Shown here: one piece after another, positions 47,074-57,436 of the stretch
How the letters are laid out: the number at the start of each line of letters is the position of its first letter
Numbering within the stretch: position 1 is the first letter of the stretch
DNA from: a virus
Lineage: Duplodnaviria > Heunggongvirae > Uroviricota > Caudoviricetes
Length of the DNA: 64,000 bases
Direction: 5' to 3' (one strand)
IMG/VR virus record: IMGVR_UViG_3300029715_000189
Program-made: the position numbers and the translations under genes
Notes under the pieces: generated by a model
The model's database searches: none
The model's input: only the letters and a program-made list of their open reading frames with translations
Told to the model about the DNA's origin: nothing

Positions 47074-47255
47074 GATCTTCCTCTAATCAATTCTTCTTTA
47101 ATACAATGTAACACTGTTTCCACTTCATCTTTATCTTTATCTTTCACTGCGATAGCTATATCCTTACCATAACTCTCTCTCTGTATGTGAGCATAAAAGA
47201 TAGTTTCATTGTCAGCTTCTATTCTTATTTTATAAAGTTTTCTCATATCTGTCAA
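47070..47255 (-). CDS. Hypothetical protein of 61 aa.
   Basis: ORF. Confidence 0.4.
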   Translation of the reverse strand: MTDMRKLYKIRIEADNETIFYAHIQRESYGKDIAIAVKDKDKDEVETVLHCIKEELIRGRS

Positions 47256-47745
47256 TTAGTTCAATAATTAATCTACCTCTTTCTTTAATCATTCCCCTGC
47301 TTTCCATATCCAGCACCTTCTTTACCGCATACTTCCATACAAAAGGAAATTCTGTTTCAAGTTTATCAAATTCCATCCGGTCAAGATACATGTCGAATAC
47401 CGTATGCTCCGATTCATGAAGGAAAACTATATTATCCCTGCAAGTAGCAACCGACTTATATATCCTTTTCGGAAGTATGTGACAGACGTTACATACTGTA
47501 GGAAAATGAATAGCCTTACCGGTCATAGACATTCGAATAGTATTCAACTCTTCCAGCATAAGACGAAAAAACCCGGATAAATCCGGGCTCTCTAACTTTT
47601 TCTTCTTGCTGCTGTTTTTAATGGATGTAATTCTGTCTTTTTTCTTCGGAGTCAACTCTTTGCTCCTGCAAGCCTGGCATAAGCCATGACTTCTTATCAT
47701 TACTTTTCGTCCGCATTTTTCGCAGACGTACAATTTCTTTTCCAC
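47230..47745 (-). CDS. Zinc-ribbon protein of 171 aa.
   Basis: CEKCG...CQAC. Confidence 0.55.
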   Translation of the reverse strand: MEKKLYVCEKCGRKVMIRSHGLCQACRSKELTPKKKDRITSIKNSSKKKKLESPDLSGFFRLMLEELNTIRMSMTGKAIHFPTVCNVCHILPKRIYKSVATCRDNIVFLHESEHTVFDMYLDRMEFDKLETEFPFVWKYAVKKVLDMESRGMIKERGRLIIELIDRYEKTL

Positions 47746-47933
47746 TCTTTATAATATCTCGATATAAGTGATATAGTTGAAAAGGATACCGCCGTTAAAG
47801 ACAACGTATATGGTAAGTTCATTAACCATCTTGGCACTTCTTCTGTATTGATCACTATCAGCAAAGTAGCACCTGCCACTACCAATAATACAATTGCTAT
47901 TGCAAGTGCTACACGGGAAACAACATCACTCAT
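47700..47933 (-). CDS. Small membrane protein of 77 aa.
   Basis: Hydrophobic helices. Confidence 0.45.
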   Translation of the reverse strand: MSDVVSRVALAIAIVLLVVAGATLLIVINTEEVPRWLMNLPYTLSLTAVSFSTISLISRYYKEWKRNCTSAKNADEK

Positions 47934-48396
47934 CAGTTTTCTTTTCTCCCAATTTTTCTACGCCTTTTCGCAGATCGTATTTAAACACTTCAATGATTTT
48001 CGTTTCTGCAATAGACTCGCAATTCCAGTCTCCCAACGTACCCTGCATACCTTTAGTCAACACAGCTTCGGCGTCTTTAGGATTGCCGGCCTGGACATAC
48101 ATATAGCATGGCGTTTTCTTTTCTTTACCTTTCTTTTCATTCAGTGTAATGTAATTCACCTTACACTTATACCAGTACTCAGCTTCTCCGTTGAAGAAGA
48201 TTTCCGACACTTTAATAGGATTTATTTTAATAATGTCGAACACTTGAAATAAACCCTTGAAAATCTCTAAAGATCTTGATTCTGCCTCTGTATAAGACAA
48301 GGCATCTACCAAATACTTTTCAGTTACTTTCTTTTTTTTGCCGTTCTCGATATTATCAATCTCGGCTTTTACCGTAATTTCAAACCAGCGATTCAT
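47926..48396 (-). CDS. Hypothetical protein of 156 aa.
   Basis: ORF. Confidence 0.55.
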   Translation of the reverse strand: MNRWFEITVKAEIDNIENGKKKKVTEKYLVDALSYTEAESRSLEIFKGLFQVFDIIKINPIKVSEIFFNGEAEYWYKCKVNYITLNEKKGKEKKTPCYMYVQAGNPKDAEAVLTKGMQGTLGDWNCESIAETKIIEVFKYDLRKGVEKLGEKKTDE

Positions 48397-48407
48397 TGTA
48401 CTAATGT

Positions 48408-48662
48408 TTAATTAGTTGATTTCTTTCCTTTCTCTATACTATTTTTAAATCTTTCAGAACACCACTGCAAAACATCCATCATCATCATCTCATTATTAGA
48501 TAAGATGCCTTTTATAATTAACGCCAATTGATGCTGCGACATTCTTAGGCTCATCTCAAATCTTCTTTCCTCTTCATTTACTATCGTGGCTACGAAATAC
48601 TTACACCCCTCTAAGTGCGTCAGGGCTTCAATCATAGCTTCTTTTATCTCTTTTTCTTCCAT
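48408..48662 (-). CDS. Hypothetical protein of 84 aa.
   Basis: ORF. Confidence 0.45.
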   Translation of the reverse strand: MEEKEIKEAMIEALTHLEGCKYFVATIVNEEERRFEMSLRMSQHQLALIIKGILSNNEMMMMDVLQWCSERFKNSIEKGKKSTN

Positions 48663-48737
48663 TCTGTTTGTTTTTTGGACAAAGATATGTCTTTTGATAA
48701 TAAAAAAGATTCAAAATGATTTAATTTAGCTTAATTA

Positions 48738-49403
48738 CTACTCTTTTGATTCGTCCGGCATAGGCATGTCAAACTTTTTCCTGATAAACGATTCTGTTTC
48801 TTCATTGAATGGATAGGCCTCCTTAATAAAATTCATAGCTACCTCCATATCACCGTCTGCTATATCTTTATACCTTTCAAAGATGCCAACCAGGTCATTG
48901 TTATATGAACGCTCTTGTTTTATGTTGTACACGTATCTCAACACCCTGTCTTTAATTTCATTGGCATTTTTCAAAGTGTTATTGAAGGAATTTATACTTT
49001 CCAATTCTGGATCTTGGTTTTCCTTGTTTACCTTATCAAACTCTTCTTTGCTATACCCCGCTTCCCCTTTAATAGCCGGGCAAACACTTTCTTTTATGAT
49101 CCAAAACTGTTCATACGATCCTGTCAGAAACCTTGATTCTATTTTAAATGCATTATATTTAACAAGCAAATTAGCCACCTCAGTTGCACCTTCTATGGTT
49201 CTAAAACCGATGCCGACATCTTTTAACATAAATACTGGAACTCCCGTTCTTGGATACACGACTTCTTTTTCGTTCTTTATATTCCAATTTTTAGCTTCAA
49301 TTGGAATACCCTTACCAACAAGCTCTTTGTCTATATACAGACTTATCTCTTCGTCTGTCAATGCCACAATCTCATCTCTGCTTAAATCAAAAACTGTTTT
49401 CAT
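48738..49403 (-). CDS. Hypothetical protein of 221 aa.
   Basis: ORF. Confidence 0.6.
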   Translation of the reverse strand: MKTVFDLSRDEIVALTDEEISLYIDKELVGKGIPIEAKNWNIKNEKEVVYPRTGVPVFMLKDVGIGFRTIEGATEVANLLVKYNAFKIESRFLTGSYEQFWIIKESVCPAIKGEAGYSKEEFDKVNKENQDPELESINSFNNTLKNANEIKDRVLRYVYNIKQERSYNNDLVGIFERYKDIADGDMEVAMNFIKEAYPFNEETESFIRKKFDMPMPDESKE

Positions 49404-49603
49404 TTCTTTTTATTTATTAAATTAAACAATCTACCTCTTTGTTCAGGCTCCGTATATTCCACCCATATATCGGCTGCCACATTTCTAAGAAATTCCATAA
49501 AGTCTTGATGATCCCTGTATTCAGCAGAATCAACTTTTCTCACAAAACTTAGAATTTCCTTTAACATCTTATTGTTTTCTTCAAGAGGTTCTCTGTCAGT
49601 CAT
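49400..49603 (-). CDS. Hypothetical protein of 67 aa.
   Basis: ORF. Confidence 0.45.
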   Translation of the reverse strand: MTDREPLEENNKMLKEILSFVRKVDSAEYRDHQDFMEFLRNVAADIWVEYTEPEQRGRLFNLINKKK

Positions 49604-49651
49604 AACCTTTCATATTTTCTTCTTTTCGCTTTCCATATTGTTTATCTTGTT

Positions 49652-49876
49652 TTAGGGTAATAAATCTTTGATGTATGCCCAACGCAAAATCTTGTTGTAA
49701 TAGCAAGATTTTACCCATTCATATTCAGAACGCCAATCAATACAAATGCAGACATTTCCGTCTATATCCATGTGTTCAACCAAACAATCCTTTCCTGGTT
49801 CAGCTATGTCACTCGGTTTGTGCCATACGCTGTTAATGCGCCACTCTGCACCAGCTTTAAAAAAGAGGAACAGCAT
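49652..49876 (-). CDS. Hypothetical protein of 74 aa.
   Basis: ORF. Confidence 0.4.
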   Translation of the reverse strand: MLFLFFKAGAEWRINSVWHKPSDIAEPGKDCLVEHMDIDGNVCICIDWRSEYEWVKSCYYNKILRWAYIKDLLP

Positions 49877-49939
49877 ATTCTATATCTTGTTTCATGTCTT
49901 ATTATTGTTTAATTAATTTAAATATTTTTAGTTTTGAAA

Positions 49940-50185
49940 TTATTTAATATGCTTATCGGCTGGATTGATTATCAATCCATCGTCACATGAAGGGAATGAT
50001 ATGTTAGATTCTCCATTATCAAGATTAGTCAGTTTAACCGTTCCAGCATATTCATCATCCACAAAAAACAATTGACCCGAAGAAACCACAAACCTGCATT
50101 GATATGCATTCATCATTGTCCCAAGTTGTCTAATCTTAGTTTTAATCTCTAAAAGTTGAGCGTTGTTGATTATATTCTTATTCAT
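49940..50185 (-). CDS. Hypothetical protein of 81 aa.
   Basis: ORF. Confidence 0.45.
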   Translation of the reverse strand: MNKNIINNAQLLEIKTKIRQLGTMMNAYQCRFVVSSGQLFFVDDEYAGTVKLTNLDNGESNISFPSCDDGLIINPADKHIK

Positions 50186-50367
50186 ATTTTATTAAAGTTT
50201 ATCTATTATTTTGTCACCCATTTCCTGCCATTCATCACTCACGCTTATAACCAATCCTATGACAGTTGATGATAATAACAATGTAAAAATAAGCCATAAC
50301 AGAAATAAGACACATCTCACCCAGTCTCCATGCTGCACCCCTTCGTATGTTATTGTTTTCATATTTG

Positions 50368-51111
50368 TTATCCATTTTTATTAGTTCCTAAAAGATGCTC
50401 ATTTCCTTGGTATGGAATACACTCTTTGTATCTCAAACCTCCCAAGCATTCATATTTGTATTCTTCTTCTCTTACTCTGGCAAATAAGTGTAGATTCCAA
50501 TTTCCCAAATTGCTTGCTCTCACCAAGACTTGATCGAATGGCTTAAAATCGCATTTCTTTTCTTTAGTCAGCAAGTATTCGTACTCACTTAGATATTGTT
50601 TAATTATTCCTGCTTTTTTAAGGTTTTCTGTATTAGCAATTCTTTCAGCAAAAGATTTTTTCTCTTCCTCTGTGGCTAATCTAACATACTTGGATTTATC
50701 CTCACCACACACACTTGTCCATATTGGAACTTCTTCAGATGTAATCTCGCCATATGCCGATATACCATATATGCATCCCATATCTCCTTCTCTATTAATA
50801 ATACCATTATATATAAATGGGTTCCCAAGCGTGCTTATTAATACATCTCCTTTCTTAAAATACGCTCCAGCCTCTACTTCCAATTCCAGAACGTTGTTGA
50901 AAAAAGTACGACCTTCTGTATCGGCATATATAGCACTTATCCCAGATTCATCTTTTTTTACAAAAAGTAAATTATAACGATCTGCACAGTCTTTTGACTC
51001 ATATACAAATTCTATTTTAATATTACCAATTAATACTGAACCTTCTATTTCTCCGCTTTTAATTTTTCTCGCCGTATTTAAATCAAACGGAACAATAATT
51101 GGATTTTCCAT
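50368..51111 (-). CDS. Hypothetical protein of 247 aa.
   Basis: ORF. Confidence 0.6.
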   Translation of the reverse strand: MENPIIVPFDLNTARKIKSGEIEGSVLIGNIKIEFVYESKDCADRYNLLFVKKDESGISAIYADTEGRTFFNNVLELEVEAGAYFKKGDVLISTLGNPFIYNGIINREGDMGCIYGISAYGEITSEEVPIWTSVCGEDKSKYVRLATEEEKKSFAERIANTENLKKAGIIKQYLSEYEYLLTKEKKCDFKPFDQVLVRASNLGNWNLHLFARVREEEYKYECLGGLRYKECIPYQGNEHLLGTNKNG

Positions 51112-51278
51112 ATCTTTTTATTTTTAATTATGTAATCAATAAAACAAGATGGGTTACTTAAACCCATCCCAGTTGTTTTGCTATTCTCTCCATTTCGTTA
51201 TATGCTATCCTATGACATCCAGCGGTTAGCAAATCGTTTTCGTACCGATTTAGACTCCCTCGTGATCTCCCCATCTCC

Positions 51279-52079
51279 TTATTCTTCCAGGTTATGTTCT
51301 TTCATTATTTCTTCTATCAATTCGTCTGTTTCCATATAATAACCCCAACAGGAATCAACCTTTTCCCATTCTTCTCCCTCTTCATCCTCCCTGGATTCAT
51401 CTTTGTATTTCTTGACAAATTTCACTTTCTTTTCAAGCACATACCCCTTTACATCTCCCCGTATCCACATACCTATGGATTTCACTTCATCATCAATCAA
51501 TTTGCCAATTTGGGTTTTCCAATCGGAAGTATTATTACTAACCATTTTTGTGTACCTCTCCTTTGTACAGAAAGCTATACCTTTAACATAATCCCCTTGA
51601 CTGTATCCTGTTGTGGACCATTCTTTGACAAATATATCTTTGCCTAAGTCTGAAAGAATCTGAATCAATTCTTCACATCCTAAGTCTTCTATAAATTCAT
51701 ACGTATAATCATACGTATGAAGATCTGATGGAGAAATGCTAAAAATTTCTTTATAATACCACATTTTATCACTGTTATCATATCTCAGTCGATAACCGTC
51801 AATCTTGCCTTTCTTAAAATAATTCAGCAAGTCTTTCCATTTAACATATTCACTAATAAGTTTATGTAGTGCATCTATAAGCGAGTGTTGGCTATCTCCG
51901 TATTTACCAAATACTTCTCTCCGATCGCACACATCTTGCAGTCGGGATGAACCGCTATATTCCCATAAGAAACATGCTGCCATATCCCAACTTTCACAAG
52001 GACATGTACTGTCAGTATCATAGTATATTTTTATACGATAATTCCCTACTTCTTTTATTGTAATAAGTCCTTCTTCCAT
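51279..52079 (-). CDS. Hypothetical protein of 266 aa.
   Basis: ORF. Confidence 0.6.
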   Translation of the reverse strand: MEEGLITIKEVGNYRIKIYYDTDSTCPCESWDMAACFLWEYSGSSRLQDVCDRREVFGKYGDSQHSLIDALHKLISEYVKWKDLLNYFKKGKIDGYRLRYDNSDKMWYYKEIFSISPSDLHTYDYTYEFIEDLGCEELIQILSDLGKDIFVKEWSTTGYSQGDYVKGIAFCTKERYTKMVSNNTSDWKTQIGKLIDDEVKSIGMWIRGDVKGYVLEKKVKFVKKYKDESREDEEGEEWEKVDSCWGYYMETDELIEEIMKEHNLEE

Positions 52080-52091
52080 GTTTTTTATATT

Positions 52092-52583
52092 TTAAATAGT
52101 TTTTAACTTCTCATCAATAAATACATCTATTACATCATAGTATGAACCATTAAAATCATAATTTTCATATTTTTCCGTAAACTCTTTAGCCCACTCTTGA
52201 ATGATGTTAAATGACTCTTCTCTGCTACATTCTTTTAGTCCTGATAGATAATCCACAGCTTCCACCGATAACTCTTGTAGATTTCGTAAGTAATTCAAAC
52301 TTATGCTATATGGTAGCTTACCTACTTCTATGCATACATGATGACCTTGTTTAAAGGCCTTCTGCAAGTCTTCAAGATTCTCTATTAATGACTCAGACTC
52401 ATCATCTACCCTCACCTTGTATAACTCAAAATCTTCATTTTCTGCCGACACCCATATCTTGTAGGCTTTTTCGTTGGACAATCTTTTCCAAACAAATCCG
52501 TCACTGAATATTATCAAGTTATCTGTTACAATCGTGTTTTTTATAACCATTTTACTCATTGATTCCACATATTTCCATATCAA
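52092..52583 (-). CDS. Hypothetical protein of 163 aa.
   Basis: ORF. Confidence 0.55.
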   Translation of the reverse strand: MIWKYVESMSKMVIKNTIVTDNLIIFSDGFVWKRLSNEKAYKIWVSAENEDFELYKVRVDDESESLIENLEDLQKAFKQGHHVCIEVGKLPYSISLNYLRNLQELSVEAVDYLSGLKECSREESFNIIQEWAKEFTEKYENYDFNGSYYDVIDVFIDEKLKTI

Positions 52584-52609
52584 TCACCTTACTCTCATGA
52601 TAATTTAAA

Positions 52610-52885
52610 TTACAAAGTAAATACTATGTATCTGACACCATAACTGTTATGTTTGTATGATACTAAGAAACCCTCAGAACGAGCAAAATCAATTGCCACC
52701 TGTTCATGTGCCATACGGATCGTGTTACCGTTAGGCGATACATCGGTTTCTCGAATATGCTTGTCGCAAATAAAACTTGCATATCCATACGCCTTAATTA
52801 GACGAGAGATTTTACTAATAAATTCGTCTTTACTGAATGGTGCTTCTTGCGCTATTTCCATACGCAATTTTTCTGCTGCTGTCAT
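52610..52885 (-). CDS. Hypothetical protein of 91 aa.
   Basis: ORF. Confidence 0.45.
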   Translation of the reverse strand: MTAAEKLRMEIAQEAPFSKDEFISKISRLIKAYGYASFICDKHIRETDVSPNGNTIRMAHEQVAIDFARSEGFLVSYKHNSYGVRYIVFTL

Positions 52886-52889
52886 AATA

Positions 52890-53204
52890 TTAATCTGTTA
52901 TTTTATAATAATAATCAAGTTCCTCTCCCTTAAAGTTGTTCATGGCATACTCGTCAGCTTCTCGCCATAACCGGTCATACAATGCAGCCAGTTTGCGATT
53001 GCTTTCATAATGTTGCCAGATTTTATGATTCAATACGAGCGTTAATTCCGTGAAAAACTTATAATCGTCTTCCCATTCACTGAATGCACGTTTGTAGGTA
53101 TCTTTGACACCTGCTACACCGTACTTGTCGGCTATGCTGAAATCTTCCCAAAAGGTAGTTATCAGGTCATAGCCGTTCTCCTGCATAAATTCTCGAAATG
53201 TCAT
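52890..53204 (-). CDS. Hypothetical protein of 104 aa.
   Basis: ORF. Confidence 0.5.
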   Translation of the reverse strand: MTFREFMQENGYDLITTFWEDFSIADKYGVAGVKDTYKRAFSEWEDDYKFFTELTLVLNHKIWQHYESNRKLAALYDRLWREADEYAMNNFKGEELDYYYKITD

Positions 53205-53238
53205 AAGCTATTATTTTAATCTTCTTTTTGCATTATGC

Positions 53239-53994
53239 TTACTTTTCCCAGCACCAAAAATTCACAGCATATTTTCCAGTAGTTATAAATATCTTACCTC
53301 CTCCTATCTCCGCAGGTATGTTCTTTCCAAATATCCTTGTAAGAAGCGGTATGTGCTTTGCATCTATAGGTAAATCCTGGGTTTCTTTTATAGGTCTATA
53401 TGGCACAAACGCTTTGTTCTCATATACTATCTTGAGATACAGTCCATCCGGTGATTCAAACACGTCTTTCCCTTTCTGCCTCATCCCAGATCGTATTATC
53501 CGTTCTTTCCAAGATTGAATATATGATTTTCTACGGGTCTCATTTATCTTATTAATAACCTCTTCCTTAAATTCGTAATACTTATATATACGACCTTTGT
53601 AGTCAGCTATCATTTCTTCAATCTTACTTTTGGATGCCCATAACCCATAATACACATAGCAATCCAATAATCTATCTACTGAAGAAACACCAATCAGTAC
53701 CATTTTAGAAAGTAGATTTCCCTCTTTTTCCAATTCTTCTCTTGCTCTGTCTGTCACCGCATCCCACCATTGCCCTTCACACTTCTCTATCTCCCCGTTG
53801 TCAAGTACTATATCGAACTTTCTACCTCCGAAAGCTTCTCTTCTCTCATTTCTCTTTGCAAGGAAATCATAGAATATACCTCCTATCCTTCCAATAATGG
53901 TATCATCTCCGTACTTTGTGTTAATTTTATCAGGCATTTCGTCGAAGACAAGAAACTTCAATTTTCCTGACTCTACTAAGTATAATAGCTTCAT
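53239..53994 (-). CDS. Hypothetical protein of 251 aa.
   Basis: ORF. Confidence 0.6.
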   Translation of the reverse strand: MKLLYLVESGKLKFLVFDEMPDKINTKYGDDTIIGRIGGIFYDFLAKRNERREAFGGRKFDIVLDNGEIEKCEGQWWDAVTDRAREELEKEGNLLSKMVLIGVSSVDRLLDCYVYYGLWASKSKIEEMIADYKGRIYKYYEFKEEVINKINETRRKSYIQSWKERIIRSGMRQKGKDVFESPDGLYLKIVYENKAFVPYRPIKETQDLPIDAKHIPLLTRIFGKNIPAEIGGGKIFITTGKYAVNFWCWEK

Positions 53995-54005
53995 GATTTA
54001 TCTCT

Positions 54006-54560
54006 TTAAATGTAAGTTATGCTGCCAACATTAATCTGCATTATATCGTTTTCCAGCGTAATGAAATTATTTTGTTTTATGGGTCCAAACATCAATCCGT
54101 ATACACTTACTGTATTAAACAGCCTAACAGTGTGAAAATCTTCATTTAGCTCTACCCTGTTTTTATCCCAATATCCCAAATCGTTGATAGTTGCCGGGAA
54201 TCCTCCTACGTCGTTATACTTATAGTAATCGTTTTGATTAAAAACGATTCCCTTTATTAAGAGGTTCCCGATGCTTTTCATGTTGAATCCGGACAACGCG
54301 ATCTGCTCTGAGATATAACTAATCAAACTGTTATGATACGTGTTTGGCTTATCTCCTCTCTCGTTAATAATTTTCTTCCATTTCTTCGTTAATGGAGCCC
54401 TAATATCCATATATGTACCAAATACGACTATGTTAGGACATTCTCCTTCAAACTTCGTTAAATCTTCTACTCTCATAATTAACAAACATTTGTATTGTTT
54501 TCGTCGTTCACTATCTGAGTAATGTACGGTCCTGGCCACAGACAGCCAGGACGATCTCAT
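54006..54560 (-). CDS. Hypothetical protein of 184 aa.
   Basis: ORF. Confidence 0.55.
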   Translation of the reverse strand: MRSSWLSVARTVHYSDSERRKQYKCLLIMRVEDLTKFEGECPNIVVFGTYMDIRAPLTKKWKKIINERGDKPNTYHNSLISYISEQIALSGFNMKSIGNLLIKGIVFNQNDYYKYNDVGGFPATINDLGYWDKNRVELNEDFHTVRLFNTVSVYGLMFGPIKQNNFITLENDIMQINVGSITYI

Positions 54561-54587
54561 GGCAGGGCAGGCGCCGCCTTACCCTGG

Positions 54588-54776
54588 CTATTCTACCCAC
54601 TCTCTGTACCCTACATTAAAACCAATAGGGTCATACCTTTTGATCATAGTACCATAATTCTCTCTACCGCAATACCTGTTCTTTCCTCCAATGATCCATG
54701 CCTCATCGTCTCTATCTGGAGATATTGAGTTAAGATACTTCTCATAATCTTTTCTACTCTTTTTGTTTAGATCCAT
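54588..54776 (-). CDS. Hypothetical protein of 62 aa.
   Basis: ORF. Confidence 0.35.
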   Translation of the reverse strand: MDLNKKSRKDYEKYLNSISPDRDDEAWIIGGKNRYCGRENYGTMIKRYDPIGFNVGYREWVE

Positions 54777-55339
54777 ATTCCACTATATTCCACTATATTT
54801 ATGTTATCGAATTTTTCTTTTATAATATCCAAGACTCCGTACTCGTTTGTTATCATAGCATGCATCCCTGGCTTCATTCTCCACAGATTAAAATACCTTG
54901 TCACATTCATAGTGGCATTAAATAATGATATCTCATATCTTGTGTTTCCATTTTTATCACACCCTATGTTTTTAATATAACATATGTCTGGCTTGTATTT
55001 GAAATAATTAAAAAGCCTATACCAGCCTTTCCCGTTACATGTCTCACAATTCCATATTCCAGCAAGCCTTCTGTATCCCCTTACTGGTATTTTCACTATT
55101 TCCCTTGGCACGATTTCAATATACTTTCCTTCTCCGATTGGTATAGTCATATTACCTGCCTCTTCCGTACAAAAGTATTCTATTTCAGATGCCATATCTT
55201 TATATACATAGAACCGGTATAGGTTCCCGCCAGGGTCTACCCGATCCATATAGTATAATATCACTTTGTCTACTTCTATTCTTATTTTCTCCATCTTTGT
55301 CCTCCTTCCTTGAATAAAAAAAACGACACCTATCTTCAC
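54767..55339 (-). CDS. Hypothetical protein of 190 aa.
   Basis: ORF. Confidence 0.55.
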   Translation of the reverse strand: MKIGVVFFIQGRRTKMEKIRIEVDKVILYYMDRVDPGGNLYRFYVYKDMASEIEYFCTEEAGNMTIPIGEGKYIEIVPREIVKIPVRGYRRLAGIWNCETCNGKGWYRLFNYFKYKPDICYIKNIGCDKNGNTRYEISLFNATMNVTRYFNLWRMKPGMHAMITNEYGVLDIIKEKFDNINIVEYSGIWI

Positions 55340-55372
55340 AGACCAGTTCCGGCAACTAACTTACATGGAAAA

Positions 55373-55783
55373 CTACTTAACTTCAACTAATTCTACAGAG
55401 CCGTAGAATTTAGTGAAGCTACCAACAAATTCTCTTATATTTTTATATTCTTCCGGTCGTTTTCTGCTACCGTCTTTTATGCAATTTACCCACAGTCTAT
55501 CCTCTATGTTCTTAATCGCATTCTCTATCGTAAATTTGTCGCTGACACACATTAAGCACGAAGATCCGGTTTTCTTATGTGGTTTGTACATTCTTGAAAA
55601 AGACCACATTTTTATTCTGTCATATATATATCCGTTATTAGGATAAACGAACCCTATTCGACTGTCACCTTCTTTAGCGTAAAACACACCTGGCTCTTTC
55701 CCACCCTTTCTATATACTACAAATCCTTTTTCTTTTAGGATCTTAACCACTTTATCTAATTTATTTTCCACGTTCATTTTCAT
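55373..55783 (-). CDS. Hypothetical protein of 136 aa.
   Basis: ORF. Confidence 0.55.
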   Translation of the reverse strand: MKMNVENKLDKVVKILKEKGFVVYRKGGKEPGVFYAKEGDSRIGFVYPNNGYIYDRIKMWSFSRMYKPHKKTGSSCLMCVSDKFTIENAIKNIEDRLWVNCIKDGSRKRPEEYKNIREFVGSFTKFYGSVELVEVK

Positions 55784-56234
55784 GCAAAAATTTAAAAACG
55801 ACCTTCATTACATTTTCGAAGTTCTCCACCTTAACCCACTCATGAGCTACTGCTCTAAGTACAGACGTTTCATATGTTGGAATATTGTCTTCTTCAATCA
55901 TCTTACAAGAAGCCAGAACTCCCTCGGTCGGCTTCAGTCCACGGTCATGCAGCTCGCATAGACCGTCCGGCCGGCGGAATGCGCACCACCCGTCTTTCAC
56001 TGTTGGCTGGACCATCGCTATTGGTTTTTCTTTCACTGCAAGATACCCTACCATCCACATTGTTTCTTTTAATCTGTCAGCGTATCCGGCATCTATGATA
56101 GCTTCTATGTCTTTTGGCGTACCAATACAAGGAACCTCACACATGTTCTTGCATTTATCACATGTACAAGGCTGCTCCCATCTATTATGATCTATGCCAA
56201 CCAACTTCTTTATCCGTTCTACTTCCTCTTTCAT
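55761..56234 (-). CDS. Cys-rich hypothetical protein of 157 aa.
   Basis: CTCDKCKNMCEVPC. Confidence 0.55.
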   Translation of the reverse strand: MKEEVERIKKLVGIDHNRWEQPCTCDKCKNMCEVPCIGTPKDIEAIIDAGYADRLKETMWMVGYLAVKEKPIAMVQPTVKDGWCAFRRPDGLCELHDRGLKPTEGVLASCKMIEEDNIPTYETSVLRAVAHEWVKVENFENVMKVVFKFLHENERGK

Positions 56235-56235
56235 A

Positions 56236-56520
56236 TTATACTGTCTCTGTTAGTTTTTCGTAATACAACTTCATTTCCGGTGAAGCGTATTCCATGAATG
56301 CTTCGAATAAGTGCGGTACCTCTATTATCATATTCACATTACAACCTTCTGTCTGTGAAAGCGATTCAAGATCATTACTGTACAGGCACGTAACATAGGC
56401 ACCTATATTAAATACATGCAAATCTATCCTTACGTATTCTATACATAAAGACAATGCATTAAACAAATTCTTTACTTCATTCTTGTCAAAAAGTTCCACA
56501 AATTCTCTCAACCCCATCAT
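56236..56520 (-). CDS. Hypothetical protein of 94 aa.
   Basis: ORF. Confidence 0.45.
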   Translation of the reverse strand: MMGLREFVELFDKNEVKNLFNALSLCIEYVRIDLHVFNIGAYVTCLYSNDLESLSQTEGCNVNMIIEVPHLFEAFMEYASPEMKLYYEKLTETV

Positions 56521-56900
56521 TTCACTACCCTTTCCACGTGTTTAATTAATACTACCGCCATTCCATTGCCGGTTTTTATCGCACATTCCGATCCTTTTAT
56601 CCATTCTACACATCCTACATACGTTTCCGTAGTATGAAATCCGGGATTATATTTTCCGGATGTAGTGAACTCTACTGTATCCCCTACCTTCAGATCATCA
56701 AAAGCAATAGACCATGTGGTCCAAATTCTGTCATGTCTCCCAGGTTGAATGGCTCCGATTACGCCCTTCTTACGACCGTTTTTTATTGCCTTTAGTATTA
56801 TCTTTCTATCACCTTCGATAAGGCTGCAAAAGCGCCCGTAAAAGGTTAAATCAACCTGTTTTCTTCCTATTTCTTCTCTTATTTTTGTTATTCTGTTCAT
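56517..56900 (-). CDS. Hypothetical protein of 127 aa.
   Basis: ORF. Confidence 0.55.
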   Translation of the reverse strand: MNRITKIREEIGRKQVDLTFYGRFCSLIEGDRKIILKAIKNGRKKGVIGAIQPGRHDRIWTTWSIAFDDLKVGDTVEFTTSGKYNPGFHTTETYVGCVEWIKGSECAIKTGNGMAVVLIKHVERVVK

Positions 56901-57144
56901 TTTCTGATTTTGTTTTATTTTTTTCTTTGTTTTTTCTATCTTCTATAGAAGATGATAATAACATTATCTTTTCCATGTTACTTTTTGACTGTAAAAAAGA
57001 ATCGCATTTCATTACCACTACCACCTTCTTAAGTTCCCCATTATCGTATAGCGATACACGCATCATGTTTTGTACCTCGTCCACTATCAGACCTGGAGTA
57101 GTCTTAGCCATTTTGCGTAGCTTATTATACTCCGGTCTTTCCAT
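56851..57144 (-). CDS. Hypothetical basic protein of 97 aa. Overlaps its neighbour by 50 nt.
   Basis: ORF with a Lys/Asn-rich C-terminus. Confidence 0.4.
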   Translation of the reverse strand: MERPEYNKLRKMAKTTPGLIVDEVQNMMRVSLYDNGELKKVVVVMKCDSFLQSKSNMEKIMLLSSSIEDRKNKEKNKTKSENEQNNKNKRRNRKKTG

Positions 57145-57436
57145 TTCCTCTGTTTATTACTCTATAGTATTTATCCTTATCCCCTTCTTCCAACTTCTCC
57201 AGATAGAAAATTCCATCATGTAAATGAGACAAACAAAACCTGTATCCGTATTTCTGCGTTCTTCTTACATGATCCCGCAGTCTTATTTCTTCACTTTTGT
57301 CTTGTACTTTGATCTTAATACTGTCTCCTTCTTTGATTGTGTATAAAATAGTTTGAATCTCTTCTTTTTTCATCTTATAAAATATTTTAACGGCAGCACC
57401 TATGCTCACACACCAATACTGCCTTATGTTTAACAA
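57125..57436 (-). CDS. Hypothetical protein of 103 aa.
   Basis: ORF. Confidence 0.5.
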   Translation of the reverse strand: MLNIRQYWCVSIGAAVKIFYKMKKEEIQTILYTIKEGDSIKIKVQDKSEEIRLRDHVRRTQKYGYRFCLSHLHDGIFYLEKLEEGDKDKYYRVINRGNGKTGV